Of a stretch of 64,000 nt of DNA, positions 25,119 to 38,196 are shown in pieces. The first letter of the stretch is position 1, and each line of letters starts with the position of its first letter. The notes under the pieces are model-generated. The model had not been told where the DNA came from. It did not search any database and was given only the letters and a program-made list of their open reading frames with translations. A program made the translations under genes and the position numbers. This DNA is from Octopus vulgaris (taxonomy: Eukaryota). Where the stretch lies: the NCBI GenBank assembly GCA_951406725.2, contig OX597831.1:50716001-50780000 (forward strand), in the 5' to 3' direction.

Positions 25119-25399
25119 TCCGACAAAGGACCTGATGTGAGTTGTCTCGCTTGACTGCGACTTACTTTCAGGTATTTTTTCTTACATCAGGCGCATAAAG
25201 ATTTTATTCTCTTACACCAAAACATCGAAGCCGACCATGAACTGACAACGCCCATATTTTGTGTGTGTGTTCGAAATTTGCACCTGACCCTAGCAATTTG
25301 GAATAGCACCCGACCTTAACAATTTTGTGACTAGTGAAGTCATCTTAAAAAGTTTGTCCACTATCAAATGGTACAATTGCCAATCTCACCTCCATTAGT

Positions 25400-25775
25400 T
25401 CATTATAATCATAGTGATTGTCATTATTATCATTATCACTCTTCAGCATTATCACCGTTGCCATTATCACCATCAATGTTTCATTCATCATAATTCGTTA
25501 AAACTATGAATTTTTTTATTTCGTTTAACGACGTTGACGACGACGATGATGATAATTCCGACGATGACGATGATGATACTGATGATGATGAAGAGGAGGA
25601 CGAGGAGGAGGGGTAGGGCAAGAAGGATAAGGATGATAACCATCACCATTATCCCTCCACCACCGCCAGCACTTGGCGATTAATATCATCACCATAACCA
25701 TCATCATCATCGGTAGCAGCATTTTCATTATCATCACCATTACCATATTTATTGCCATTATCACGCTGCATCATA
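25400..25775. repeat. Decayed trinucleotide low-complexity region
   Basis: CAT/GAT/GAC/GAG triplet runs. Confidence 0.8.
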
Positions 25776-26009
25776 GAGGTTCTAATTACTTTCTCATGAC
25801 TAATTAAAAGAGATTCTGTGAGAACAACCATCTGGATCGCGTACACATCCTTTTAGAAATTGTATCCTAGTGGCCATTGCTGAAATGCTTCTTTCGCCAA
25901 TATAATAAATATTTATTTGTCTTGCAACACCTCTCTATGACTATTTGAGACATCTGAATCATAATTCTATTACTGTTGTCTATACACGCATACATGTGCA
26001 GACGATTTA

Positions 26010-26021
26010 TTATTATCATCG

Positions 26022-26070
<49 letters not shown>

Positions 26071-26247
26071 TGGCAGAATCGTTAGCACGTTGGATAAAAT
26101 GCTTAGCAGCATTTCATATTCCGCCGCGATCGACTTTCCCTTTCATCCGTTCGGGATCGATAAATTAAGTACCAGTGAAAGAGTTCGATGGTATCGACTA
26201 CCCCCCCAAAAAAAAAAAATTCAGGCCTTGTGCCTTTAGTAGAAAAG

Positions 26248-26294
<47 letters not shown>

Positions 26295-26365
26295 CATTAT
26301 CAACATCATCATCATCATCATCATTATTATTATTATTATCATCATCATCAGCAGCAGCAGCAGCA
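26010..26365. repeat. (ATT)n/(ATC)n/(AGC)n arrays enclosing a SINE-B fragment (26070-26247, +)
   Basis: Direct reading; CTGGCAGAATCGTTAGCAC...CCTTGTGCCT.TAGTAGAAAAG. Confidence 0.85.
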
Positions 26366-26439
26366 TACGTGATAGATTATATCGCCTGGTGATCGAAAAT
26401 GACTTTGCCACCTTGCTGTCTTTATTTTAAGTTGTACAG

Positions 26440-27487
26440 TTTTAAAGGGAGGAGATTAGTCGACACCCGACCCCAATACATGACTGGTATTTTGTTTTAA
26501 TGACTCTGGAAGAATGGAAAGCAACGTTAACTTCAGCTGGAATTGAACTCAGAACGTAAAGACTGGAAAGACCGATGCTCAAATGATTTTCCTAAATCGC
26601 ACTCTTCAACGTAATGTGAACTCGGAACGTGAAGACGGACGAAATGCTGCTAAGCATTTTACCCAGCGTAATAATGATTCTGCTAGCTCGCCGCCTTAAA
26701 CAAGGAAAATATTGGTTTCAAATTTTGGCTCAAGGCCGGATAGTTCACGGGTGGAGGTAAGTCGACTACATCTTGCACAGTACTCGACTGGTACTTAACT
26801 AAAAGAGACCGCAGGAATAAAAATGGAAGTTGTCCACAGCAGAGTTTGAATTCAGAACATGAAGACACACGAAATGCCACGAAGCATTTTGCCCGGCGTA
26901 CTAGCGATTCTTTTCTACTCTAGGCACAAGGCCCGAAATTTGGGTGGAAGGAGCCAGTCAATTAGATCAACCCCACTACGCAACTGGTACTTAATTTATC
27001 GTCCACGAAAAGATGAAAAGTAAAGTCAACCTCGGCGGAATTTATACGCAGAACGTAAAGACAGACGAAATACCGATTTCTTTACCACCCACAAGTGGCT
27101 ACACACAGAGAGGTCAAACAAGGACAGACAAACGGATTAAGTTGATTATATCGACCCCAGTGCGTAACTGGTACTTATTCAATCGACTCCGAAAGGATGA
27201 AAGGCAAAGTCGACCTCCGCGGAATTTGAACTCAGAACGTAGCGGCAGACGAAATACCTATTTCTTTACTACCTACAAGGGGCTAAACACAGAGGGGATA
27301 AACAAGGACAAACGGATTAAGTCGATTATATCGACTCCAGTGCGTAACTGCTACTTATTTAATCGACCCCGAAAGGATGAAAAGTTAAGTCGACCTCGGC
27401 GGAATTTGAACTCAGAACGTAGCGGCAGACGAAATACGGCTACGCATTTAGCCCGGCGTGCTAACGTTTCTGCCAGCTCGCCGTCTT
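26440..27487 (-). mobile_element. Head-to-tail cluster of SINE-B copies; young multimer at 26908-27487
   Basis: GAATTTGAACTCAGAACGT..GACGAAAT repeated several times; head at 27487. Confidence 0.88.
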
Positions 27488-27896
27488 AAAAAGGAAAATA
27501 TTAGCTGCAATGAAGAATATTTGATTATCAGTCAGCCAAATATCATTGTATTTATATTCCTGTAGACTATAAATACAATGATTAGTTTCAACTTATATAT
27601 ATATAAGAAGATATCTTCTGAAAAGTATATTGTATTTAAAAAAAATAAACGAAGAGGATAACTTGTAAACAAGTAATATAAATATTCCGGATATTTACTA
27701 TTTTTTAATTATGTGTAGCAGCCATCAATAGAGACAGTTTTAATATTTAGTAATTCATCAATAGTAAAATAAAAATTCTTTAATACTTGATGTAATAGTG
27801 CAATATTTAAAAATAAATCTGAAAAAAATCGCCAGTGTTTATACGTTCACAATTCATATAAATGAATACATACACACCATATGCATATATGAGTGC

Positions 27897-27971
<75 letters not shown>

Positions 27972-28073
27972 TTCATGTGTCTCCACTCATCTTTCAGTCT
28001 CCTTTATATGTATACATAAGTATATGTGTATGTATATGTATATATATACGTATGTGTGTATAAATATATAAAT

Positions 28074-28634
28074 AAAGCGACTGAAGGTGCTATATAGCAC
28101 CTGTATTGCTAGAAATAAGATTAAAAAAAACATCTTATTGACTGACAAGGGAAACAAGCTCCCTAAGCACGGAGCATAGCCACATTACCTGTGATTTTGC
28201 ATTTACATTAATGTTCGTCAGTGACTTTCAACGGTGCCTTTGGTTAAACACCACTAGCCTTGTCAGCTTGTAATCATACACTGATTCCATAAATGGTAAA
28301 AGCGTAAATTATAAATAGTAAGGGTGGCTTGTTAGTAATTTTTCAACCGAAAGGCAAAAATATATACATCACAAACATTTATACTTTTACCATTTATGAA
28401 ATGAGTGTATGATTTCTCTGGTGATCTTATTTGGCTGACAAGTCGAGTGGACTTTAACCCAAGGCGCCGGAGTGAGCCACTGATGAGCATTAATATAAAC
28501 GGGAAGTGTGATCTGCCTATGCTCAGTGCTTAAGGAGCTTGCTTCCTTTGTCAGACAATAAGATGGTTCTTTTTGTGACTCTTATTTCCAGCAACACAGG
28601 AGCTGAATAGCTGAATGGCGTCGTCAGTCGCTTT
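28074..28634. repeat. Fold-back element with diverged inverted arms of about 110-130 bp
   Basis: AAAGCGACTGA..GAAATAAGA..CATCTTATTG.CTGACAA.GGAA.CAAGCTCC.TAAGCAC.GAGCATAG mirrored at 28501-28634. Confidence 0.8.
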
Positions 28635-28744
28635 GTAAAATATGTGTGTGCGTGTACGTGCGCGTGTCTATGTATTGTATCTATGGGTATATATATATTT
28701 ATGCACGTACATGTATGTATGTCTGAATAAAAGTTGGAGATCAG

Positions 28745-28955
28745 GTAGTATCGTTAACACGCCGGTCGAAATGCATAACGGTATTTCGTCCGTTAAGGCG
28801 GTGAGCTGGCAGAAACGTTAGCACGTCGGGCGAAATGCTTAGCGGTATTTCGGCTGCCGTTACGTTGCGAGTTCAAATTCCGCCGAGGTCGACTTTTTCT
28901 GCCAGCCCTTAAGTACCAATTGAGCACTAGGGTCGATGTAAGGAACTAGTCGCCT
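28745..28955 (+). mobile_element. SINE family B with duplicated head
   Basis: Partial head at 28745, full GGCGGTGAGCTGGCAGAAAC at 28797. Confidence 0.8.
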
Positions 28956-28964
28956 TCATTCATA

Positions 28965-29000
<36 letters not shown>

Positions 29001-29044
29001 TGTGTGTGTGTGTGTGTAAGTATGTATGTATATATGTATGTATG

Positions 29045-29082
<38 letters not shown>

Positions 29083-29110
29083 AAAAAAGCAACAAGAATG
29101 GATCAATATA

Positions 29111-29195
29111 TCGGTACAATTGTTTCTTACGAGGACATCTTTAATAAAGCTACAAAAATTGCAGTAAATATAGGTGGCTCGTACTCATCAGCCGA
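29111..29195 (-). ncRNA. Minimal type I hammerhead ribozyme motif
   Basis: TCGG-CTGATGA-GTACGAG...CTCGTAA-GAAAC-AATT-GTA-CCGA; first stem II pair G.A. Confidence 0.7.
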
Positions 29196-30244
29196 AAAAA
29201 CATCAGAGATTCCCAAACATCAAAGGGGTAATGTTACACTTATGAAACATCATGGAAAATTCTGTAAAAATGAGAATTTAGATAACATATTGGTTTCTAA
29301 GAGTTCAATTAGTATCATACAGTCATATATCAGGTTATTAAAAAGTTTTTTCAAAACATCCTAGTTTTCCAGAGAGTGAAGATACAAATGAGGGTGTGAG
29401 TTTAACTGTATTGAAGAAAGTTTGATTCCTGGAGATCTGATGAGAGGTCTTGAATTTACAGAATATGTGCTTGTCCATATATAGTTCATAGTAAATTGTT
29501 AATCAAGCTATGTGAAGAAATTTTGGATACAATCGTGCGAAATTTCTGAGAACTGCTGTATTATAATCCGAGTAAGAAGCAAATTTACAAGAATCACAGA
29601 GCTAAGGAAGAAAGTTGAATTTTACCAGTTACTGCTATTAATTGCTATAAAAAGAGGGAACGGGAAGCTAAAAAGGGAGGGTCACAAGTTGTTACTATAA
29701 GAAAACATCTTAGCTTATTTGGTGCAAAATTCGAACTGAGGTCATTTAATTTATTTCTTTATTTATTAATGTTACTATTAATAGATTGTCAGGTTACAAT
29801 GAGAGGTCAGAAGAAAAGAAAAGAAAAAAAGAAAATGGAGTTATTTTCTAATGAAACCATACAATTATATTATATTATATTATATTATATTATATTATAT
29901 TATAATAGGTTTGGGATTAGCAGAATTAGTTATTAGTGTGAAAGAAACTAAGAAGTTTAACTAACTAATTTCCTATAAGTAGGTTAAAGTGAAATAGACT
30001 AAGAAATAGAGAGAAAAAAATAGAGAGAAAAATTTAAATTATCTACATAGAATGAAGAATTAAATCAAATAACTTAAATTAATAAGTATCACCTAGTACA
30101 GTTAGAGAGACAATATAATCATAGCTAGTTAGATCGTAGCTGTCTAATTAAATATATAATATAATATAATATGTAGGAGTAAAGTTTAATTCAAAGTGAT
30201 TTTATACAAAGTGATTTTAATATATACTGTTATCAATTAAAACA

Positions 30245-30540
30245 TCATTTAAAATATTTAAGAGTCCTAGTTCGAGCGTGGATACAAGATTTTCCTAATT
30301 CAATTCTGCTGTTCAATAAAACTTTTTTCTATAATTTTTTCTATACATTAGTATTTCAAATGTTTCCATGGAGCAAAGTTGACAACCTACTCTGCTATTT
30401 TTATAGGGTATCGCTCTTCTAACTAATTCCCAATTAAGGTTATATTTGATATTATTGTTTTTTAGTTCCCAAATTTTACTAGAGAGAGTGGTGCTATCAG
30501 CTTTATGACGTAATCTGAAGGAGGAAAGATGATTAGTAAA
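30245..30540 (-). pseudogene. PLE GIY-YIG endonuclease C-terminal fragment
   Basis: FTNHLSSFRLRHKADSTTLSSKIWELKNNNIKYNLNWELVRRAIPYKNSRVGCQLCSMETFEIL, a frameshift in an A-run, then VLLNSRIELGKSCIHAR. Confidence 0.85.
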
Positions 30541-30557
30541 TCATATATATATATATA

Positions 30558-30802
30558 GGCGCAGGCGTGGCTGTGTGGTAAGAGTTGCTTCCCAGCTACA
30601 TGGTTCGGTGTTCAGTCCCATTGAGTTTCATCATTTAGAACAGGCGTTGCTGAGTGCTAAGGAGCCTGCTTTCCAACCACATAGCTTTGGCATCAGTCCC
30701 ACTGTGTGAGACTTTGGGCAAGTGCCTTCTACTATAGCGTCGAGCCGACCAGAACCTTTTCGGTAGATTTCGTTGACAGAAACCGAAAGACGTCTGTCGT
30801 AT
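30558..30802 (+). mobile_element. Two tandem SINE-A 5' fragments
   Basis: GGCGCAGGCGTGGCTGTGTGG head, then a second head with TTGGGCAAGTG core. Confidence 0.7.
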
Positions 30803-31099
30803 ATATTGCGTTGTTCTTGAGCAAAGCCCTCCAGATGACGTTGCCCTGTGATCATTTCGCCATTTGACATGTGGAACACGGTGCACCTGTAGAGGTAATA
30901 TCGACTTGATGGAAGGAGTGAACTTATGTGTACACAAACATTTGATCACTATAAACAAATCATCTATGTGATTGTTCGGCAAGAAATTGTCGTAACCTCA
31001 TACGTCCCTCATTTCTAATAATCCGACCCCTCATTTCTAATAAACGAGAATTTGCATCCAGAAGGCCTCCAGAAGGCCTCCAGAAAAGCGAGGCATCCC

Positions 31100-31670
31100 A
31101 CGTTCCACGATGAGAACAATGAAGTTTGGGTATATATCTGATGCTTTGGGGATACATAAAAAATGTGATGGTTCAAGAAAGTTGGTTAAATTTGACGGTA
31201 ACTTGAATAGTGCCTAATACATCCAGTCGCTGAAGGACAATTTGATATCAAACTTAGATAAAGGTGAGATTTTTCAGCATGACTGAGCTCCATGGCACAG
31301 ATTGCATGCAACACAACAGACTCTGGCTGATAAAGGTGTTCCCGTGAAGGTGTTCCAACTGGAGCCCTGACTTAAATTTCATCGAGCAAATGTGGACAGA
31401 ATTAAAGAGAAGAGTTTGTCAGAAGAATCCACGCTCTCTTGAAGAGTTGTGGGAGTTCAGCCACAGAGAAAGGCATCGCATATTTGTAAAGATGATGAAG
31501 GATTTTTTACATATCTCAAGCTAAGAGGAGTCACACAAAATATTAACAATGTACAGTAACTTCTTGAAATGAACATTATGTAATAAATTTTCGTTATAGA
31601 CATTTTTCTGCTTTAAAACACTGTAACTTGATTGGTTTATGTGACATGGCCAAAAACCTTTGTACAGCCA
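31100..31670 (+). mobile_element. Tc1-like transposase relic (3' part)
   Basis: GSRKLVKFDGNLNSA*YIQSLKDNL, IFQHD*APWH, SPDLNFIEQMW. Confidence 0.8.
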
Positions 31671-32246
31671 TTTTTGGGTGGTCGTCATGCATTTTCCCGT
31701 CCCATTTAGAACCCTTACAACAAAGTATAATGATTAGGTATGAAAATGACTTCGACAGGGCCAATGTTAAATCTGTAAAAAACGCAATGCGAAACATCCA
31801 CTTTTAAGTTAGCTGCCAATTAGTAGAAATTTACAATAGTTTAAAGTGGCCGAAGACTTTTACATCGTACTGTACACTAACACACACACATACACACATA
31901 CGTGCATGCAAACGCGCACATACACACACACAAAAGAAAGAGAGAAAGAAGAAACAAAGAAACCGTGCAAAAATTCAATAAATTTTATTGTATCTTCGCA
32001 AATGAGCCGTGATATAATGTCAAGAGAGTATATACTTAACATAAATACAACTGGGTGGGGAGAATTGTCTGACGATATTTCAATTCAATAAAGAAATATA
32101 TTAGGAAAACGAATTAGAAAAATAATATCAGGAAATTAAATTGGAAAATAAAATTAAAATGAAAATAAATTTTTTGATGATGAAGCCAAATAAAAGTCGT
32201 TTGTATAAAGAAGAACTCTTACTTTTCTTAATATTCAAAATTACTA

Positions 32247-32390
32247 AGGCGGTGAGTTGGTAGAATCATCGGGAAAATGCTTAGCGGTATTTCGTCCGTC
32301 TTTACATTCTGAGTCTAAATTCCGCTGATGTAATCTGCTTACCCGCTCCATTACAATTACTGGCCTTGATGCGAAAATTTGAAGCCAGTA
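32247..32390 (+). mobile_element. SINE-B fragment
   Basis: GGCGGTGAGTTGGTAGAATC..GGTATTTCGTCCGTCTTTAC. Confidence 0.65.
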
Positions 32391-32638
32391 TTTCAAATTT
32401 CTCCAACTCAAAATTCTCCAACATCTTTTCTTCCTGAAGAGCGTTTAAAAAGAGATGCAAGGACATTCAGACGGTTGCGTAAAGTATTATTTTACTCTGA
32501 AAAAGCAGATAAAATACCCACTCATTCCCCGCATCTCTTGTAACAAAGTTGTGTGACATTCGGACAAAAATTAATAAACTCAAATATATTTCATAATTTA
32601 AAGTAGCTCGAGTTATAGTCAACAATTTTAAAGTATTC

Positions 32639-33029
32639 ATTGTTGTATTCCGAGATGGTAATTGGGGGGGGGGGGCAAATAGGCACGTGCATTATATATT
32701 CGTTCTTCACTCTTTTAATACTGGTCTTATTTTTTATCTCCATTGTCAAGAAATCTTTCGTCGCACATCTCTGATCTCTTCAGTGACACTTTCTGTCCTC
32801 GAGTGTGCTCCTGCTCCGCTTAGTCCATTCTCGAATGGTGCTGAAGAGGTCACAGATGTGTGATGAAAGATTTCCAGAAAAGGGAAATGATTTAAAATAA
32901 GAACAGTAATAAATGAGTGAACAACGAATGTATAGTGCGAGAGTTTTTTGGGCCCCCAAAAATTACCATCCCGAAATACAACAATATCTGTTTCAACACA
33001 CGGTTTCACATCAAGAATCGTGCAGCACA
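32639..33029. repeat. Fold-back element (arms 32639-32788 and 32838-32985) with hammerhead-like motifs
   Basis: ATTGTTGTATTCCGAGATGGTAATT mirrors AATTACCATCCCGAAATACAACAAT; inner ends carry CTGAAGAG. Confidence 0.8.
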
Positions 33030-33428
33030 ACTCTTTTACTTGTTTCAGTCATTTGACTGCGGCCATGCTAGAACACCACCTTTTAGTCGAGCCAATCGAC
33101 CCAGAGGACTTATTCTTTGTAAGCCTAGTTCTTATTCTATTGGTCTCTTTTGCCGAACCGCTAAGTTACAGGGAAGTAAACATACCAGCATCGGTTGTCA
33201 AGCGATGTTGGGGGAACAAACACAGACACACAAACATATACACACATATATATATATACATATATACGAGGGGCTTCTTTCAGTTTCGGTCTACGAAATC
33301 CATTCAAAAGGCTTTGGTCGTCCTGAGGCTATAGTAGAAGACACTTGCCCAAGGTGCCACGCAGTGTGACTAAACTCGGAACCATGTGGTTCGTAAGTAA
33401 GCTACTTATCACACAGCCACTCCCACGC
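33030..33428 (-). mobile_element. SINE family A
   Basis: Full family match. Confidence 0.92.
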
Positions 33429-33825
33429 AGAAATTCATAAAATTTTAAGAAGTTCAGTGTTTAGCGCCCGAAATTCCAAAACCTGTATAGATTGATTTAT
33501 ACTTATGCAGGCTTATCTCCTCTACAAATAATCAAGTAAACATTTGTAAGGTTATTATCACGCAGAGGGGTTATCTTTATGAGAAATATTTGTACTATAA
33601 TTGATTGGTTTACTCAAATGGAAAGTAAATGAAATTGGAAAGATTACCACGCTTGTTATAGTAAAATTATAATGCTCTCTCACTCAAAGCTCTTTCTGGT
33701 TAATTGCATTAGATTTCAACGAACGATTTTTATCGCCGTTACTGGCCACAAAATTAAATTTATTCATGCATGCCAAAACGTCTTAACTGTTCATATACAT
33801 TCATGCATACACATATACACGCACA

Positions 33826-33887
<62 letters not shown>

Positions 33888-34056
33888 TTCTCTCTCTCAT
33901 TTCCCTCTCTGTATATATATAAACACATATATACATACACATATATCCATTTTATGTATACTATATATATATATATATATATAGTATACATAAAATGGAT
34001 ATATGTGTATGTATATATGTGTTTATATATATACAGAGAGGGAAATGAGAGAGAGA

Positions 34057-34057
<1 letters not shown>
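33888..34057. repeat. Perfect 170-bp palindrome centred on (TA)11
   Basis: Base-by-base mirror around 33972/33973; extended imperfectly by (TC)n and (GA)n. Confidence 0.92.
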
Positions 34058-34131
<74 letters not shown>

Positions 34132-34198
34132 AAGAGATATATATAATATATATAATATATAAGATATATATAATACATACATAAATTGGATACATGTG

Positions 34199-34252
<54 letters not shown>

Positions 34253-34880
34253 TGGCCAAGGGTGACTAGAAAACTAGGGCATTGCAGTTCCACCCTCACC
34301 CGTTTTCCGTGAAAAGTGTATTATTACTGTAGTATTACTGTTTTAAAGTAGTTAGTAAGACACGAGAAAAGTACATATAACTTAGGAAATCGCTTTCCAA
34401 CGATTTCATCCAGTTGGGGCCGACTTTGAGAATAAAAAGTTGAAATTCTTTTTAAGCTTTGGAAGAAAATTTGACATTCAGGAACTCCTGAAGCTGATAG
34501 AGAAATTACCAAATTAAATGAATATGTAAAAACAATGTACAACCTCTGTCAGTGATGCAGCTTTTCTATCTTTACTGACATCGACTTATCCCCTAAACTT
34601 TTCTTGAAGCCTTTCTTTTTCATCAATAAATCGCAAAACGTGCGACTGTTAAGATTTCATTCGAAGGTTTGTAAGTGTCACCAAACATAACAGCAACAAA
34701 TTTTCGATCATCTTAATTTACACCTTGACTAGTAATAGCCATACAAATAAATGATTTTGTTTTGAATATCACTTTCAAGTGATATTCGTTTTCAATATTA
34801 CTCCAAAGTTGAGAAAATGTGTTCTTATACTGACAAACTAACAGATAATGGAAACAGAAAACTTTTCTCAGAATGGGCCG

Positions 34881-35438
34881 TGGAATTAAACGCAGATGTT
34901 ATTCAAGTCTTTATACTTCCGACATATGCTTCGAAGAAAACATTGATATTATTCCAGAGAGAATAAAACGATGTAAAACAATGCGATCTTCTCGTCAGGG
35001 AGAAAAAGAGAAACGAAACACATCAATATGCCATTTTACCCGAATGTGATAACTGCGTATATGATGAAGGGAACGCTGGCAAATTATTTTTTAAAAGAAC
35101 AAACCTTAATAGATTTAACGTCAAATGCAATTTAGAGAAAGAGAAGGAAGAGAAAGAAAGAAATTAGCAGAAAACCAAGTGTGGAAAAATGCATTTGATG
35201 TTAAATCTATTAACGTTTTTTTTTTTTTTAAATAACTTACCAGCGTTCTCTTCATCATATACGCAGCCATCACATTCGGTTAAAATGGCCCATTGATGTG
35301 TTTTATTTCTCTTGTTTTCCCTGACGAGAAGATCACATTGTTTTACATCATTATATTCCCTCTGGAATAATACCCATGTTTTCTTCGAAGAGTATGTCGT
35401 AAGTATAAAGACTTGAATAACACCTGCATTTAACTCCA
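34881..35438. mobile_element. Inverted pair of PLE 3' repeats related to the 23484 family, each with a hammerhead relic
   Basis: Arms 34881-35132 and 35186-35438; CTGACGA-GAAGA...TCTTC-GAAG...ATGTC in both. Confidence 0.82.
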
Positions 35439-35469
35439 TTTCTTTGTGTGTGTGTGTCTCTGTGTGTGT

Positions 35470-35520
<51 letters not shown>

Positions 35521-35799
35521 CAGGTAAGCAACGATTTGGATACGTGTATACTGAACCCTGTGTAAAGGAAAATTTAGCAATTATTCAACCAGAATTCAGA
35601 AGACAACTGCGTTATGCAAGAATACAAATGATACGAGACATGGATCTTCCTAAACGTAGCTTTTCAGTGATGGATGTGTAAGAAGTTCAACGATTCTTGT
35701 ATTATTTGTTTCCCTTGTTGCACAGCGGAAATTTTTTTCTCCTTTTTAGATATGCAAGTGGATTCCAAATTATTGCATTTTTTTTAAACGCAATCTTCG

Positions 35800-36003
35800 C
35801 TAATTTTGGGACACGGCCAGCAATTTTGAATGGGATGGGTAGTCGATTACATCTACCCTAGTACTGATAAACTACTTATTTGATCGTCACGGAAAGGGTC
35901 AAAGACAGAGTCGATCGACCTCGGTGGAATTCGGACTTACAAAGTAAAGACCCGGAAGAAATACCGTCAAGCATTTTGTCCGGTGCGCTGAGGATTCTGA
36001 TTG
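35800..36003 (-). mobile_element. Old SINE-B-like copy
   Basis: GTCGATTACATC..GACCTCGGTGGAATT..AAGCATTTTGTCCGG. Confidence 0.6.
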
Positions 36004-36013
36004 CTTCTTATTG

Positions 36014-36300
36014 CGAAAACACCTAAAGCTCTACGAGGCTCCGGCAGGGGATGGTGGTGATCCCTGCTGTACTCTTTCACCACAACTTTCTCTCACTCTT
36101 ACTTCCTGTTTCTGTTGTACCTGTATTTCAAAGGGCCGGCCTTGTCACTCTCTGTGTCACGCTGAATATCCCCGAAAACTACGTTAAGGGTACACGTGTC
36201 TGTGGAGTGCTCAGCCACTTACACGTTAATTTCACGAGCAGACTGTTCCGTTGATCGGATCAACCGGAACCCTCATCGTTGTTACCGACGGAGTGCTTCC
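36014..36300 (+). mobile_element. SINE family C, 5'-truncated
   Basis: 5' part overlaps the 24177-24238 motif; 3' part matches 14757-14900 and 62952-63140. Confidence 0.8.
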
Positions 36301-36588
36301 ATAGGATCATTTCCACTTCGTTTGTCTTCAATGTCTCATTCATCTTCGTACTTGTAATGAATAGTTATTAAGCAACGGCGATGCATCTACAGATATGTAA
36401 AATGAAATTAAAATATAACATTGCATATAAAATATGCATAGAGATTATATTGAAAAGTTACTGTTAAGATTTGTCATTTCAAAAAAAAAAACATTTATTT
36501 AATAATTACTGTTTGAACTAGAACATATATTACTTTACGCTTTTTAATTCTAATACAATATACAATACGATACGTTACTGAATGGATA

Positions 36589-36797
36589 TAAACTTAGATA
36601 AACTTAGATATGTTTCGACCAAAGATTGGTCCAGGCCATGTCTAACTTAATAGCACCACCTGATAGGATTATTCGAATCCTGTTTAAGTCAAGTTTTGTT
36701 TATGGTCCATTCAAGTAGTGAGTTCTTGTTGGGTGAGTTGTATCCAATTATGGGTGGCTTATCTGGTATTCTTTGAAGGAATCTATCCAGACTCCGT
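36589..36797 (-). mobile_element. 3' end of a non-LTR retrotransposon (CR1/Jockey-group-like)
   Basis: SLDRFLQRIPDKPPIIGYNSPNKNSLLEW C-terminus, terminal stem-loop and tandem TATCTAAGTT tail. Confidence 0.6.
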
Positions 36798-36799
36798 TT

Positions 36800-37493
<694 letters not shown>

Positions 37494-37756
37494 AGTAACA
37501 AATATGTACCAGTGTCAATTAATTACGGCCGTTTCAAGTGTCTCCTTTATTTGACTAATGAAAAAATTGCATCATTTTAAAGAAACCGTTCTCGTCAGAT
37601 GACTGCATACACTTCAAACATAAAGGATATTCCCATTTACTTAACATTTCCTTAACAAGAACGGTTTCTTTCAGATGATGTAATGTTTACATTAATCAAT
37701 TAAAGGAGTTGCTTGAAACGGCCGTAATTAATTCACACGTGTACATCTCTGTTACT
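37494..37756. mobile_element. Short fold-back element with hammerhead relics
   Basis: Arms 37494-37598 and 37651-37756; GAAACGGCCGTA in both, CTGACGA in the minus-strand arm. Confidence 0.78.
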
Positions 37757-38052
37757 GATTTATATTTTATTCACCTAATCTGCATAACAGAAATACTATA
37801 AAAAGTACCTTTATAAAAAATACATGTCTGAATTACCAAGAGTGGATATCTTCATTTAGCTGGGTTGCGTTGTCTGCACACAAGGCAGGAATATCAGGTA
37901 CAAACACTCCTGCATGGGGTCTTGATATTCAATATTCAATAAAAATTGTTTGGGTGTGTAGTATATAGCGACCCCAGCAAGGTGCCTCAATTTAAGTACC
38001 TAATTCAACGGAACCTTAATTACATTATATATATATATATATATATATATAA

Positions 38053-38116
<64 letters not shown>

Positions 38117-38149
38117 AAATGTATGCATATGTACATACGTGTAGATATG

Positions 38150-38196
<47 letters not shown>

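Larger units (their letters stand above)
29081..30542 (-). mobile_element. 5'-truncated Penelope-like element in (TA)n
   Basis: GIY-YIG C-terminus at 30245-30540, long 3' region, hammerhead at 29111-29195, (TA)n on both sides. Confidence 0.85.

Noticed and set aside
26440-27487. Regularly recurring motif resembling a repeat-spacer array
   Set aside because: The units are SINE bodies in a eukaryotic context, not CRISPR.
27013-27489. 158-aa ORF with internal repeats, and recurring ORFs such as [15 protein letters not shown]
   Set aside because: Chance translations of SINE sequence.
27542-27582. 15-bp inverted repeat, plus short tandem duplications at 31007-31084, 46952-46990 and 52053-52097
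   Set aside because: They are short or AT-rich and consistent with ordinary slippage or repair events.
36605-36635. GACCA..TGGTC-GAAAC stem resembling hammerhead stem II
   Set aside because: There is no CTGAnGA; it is better explained as the terminal stem-loop of the adjacent LINE 3' end.
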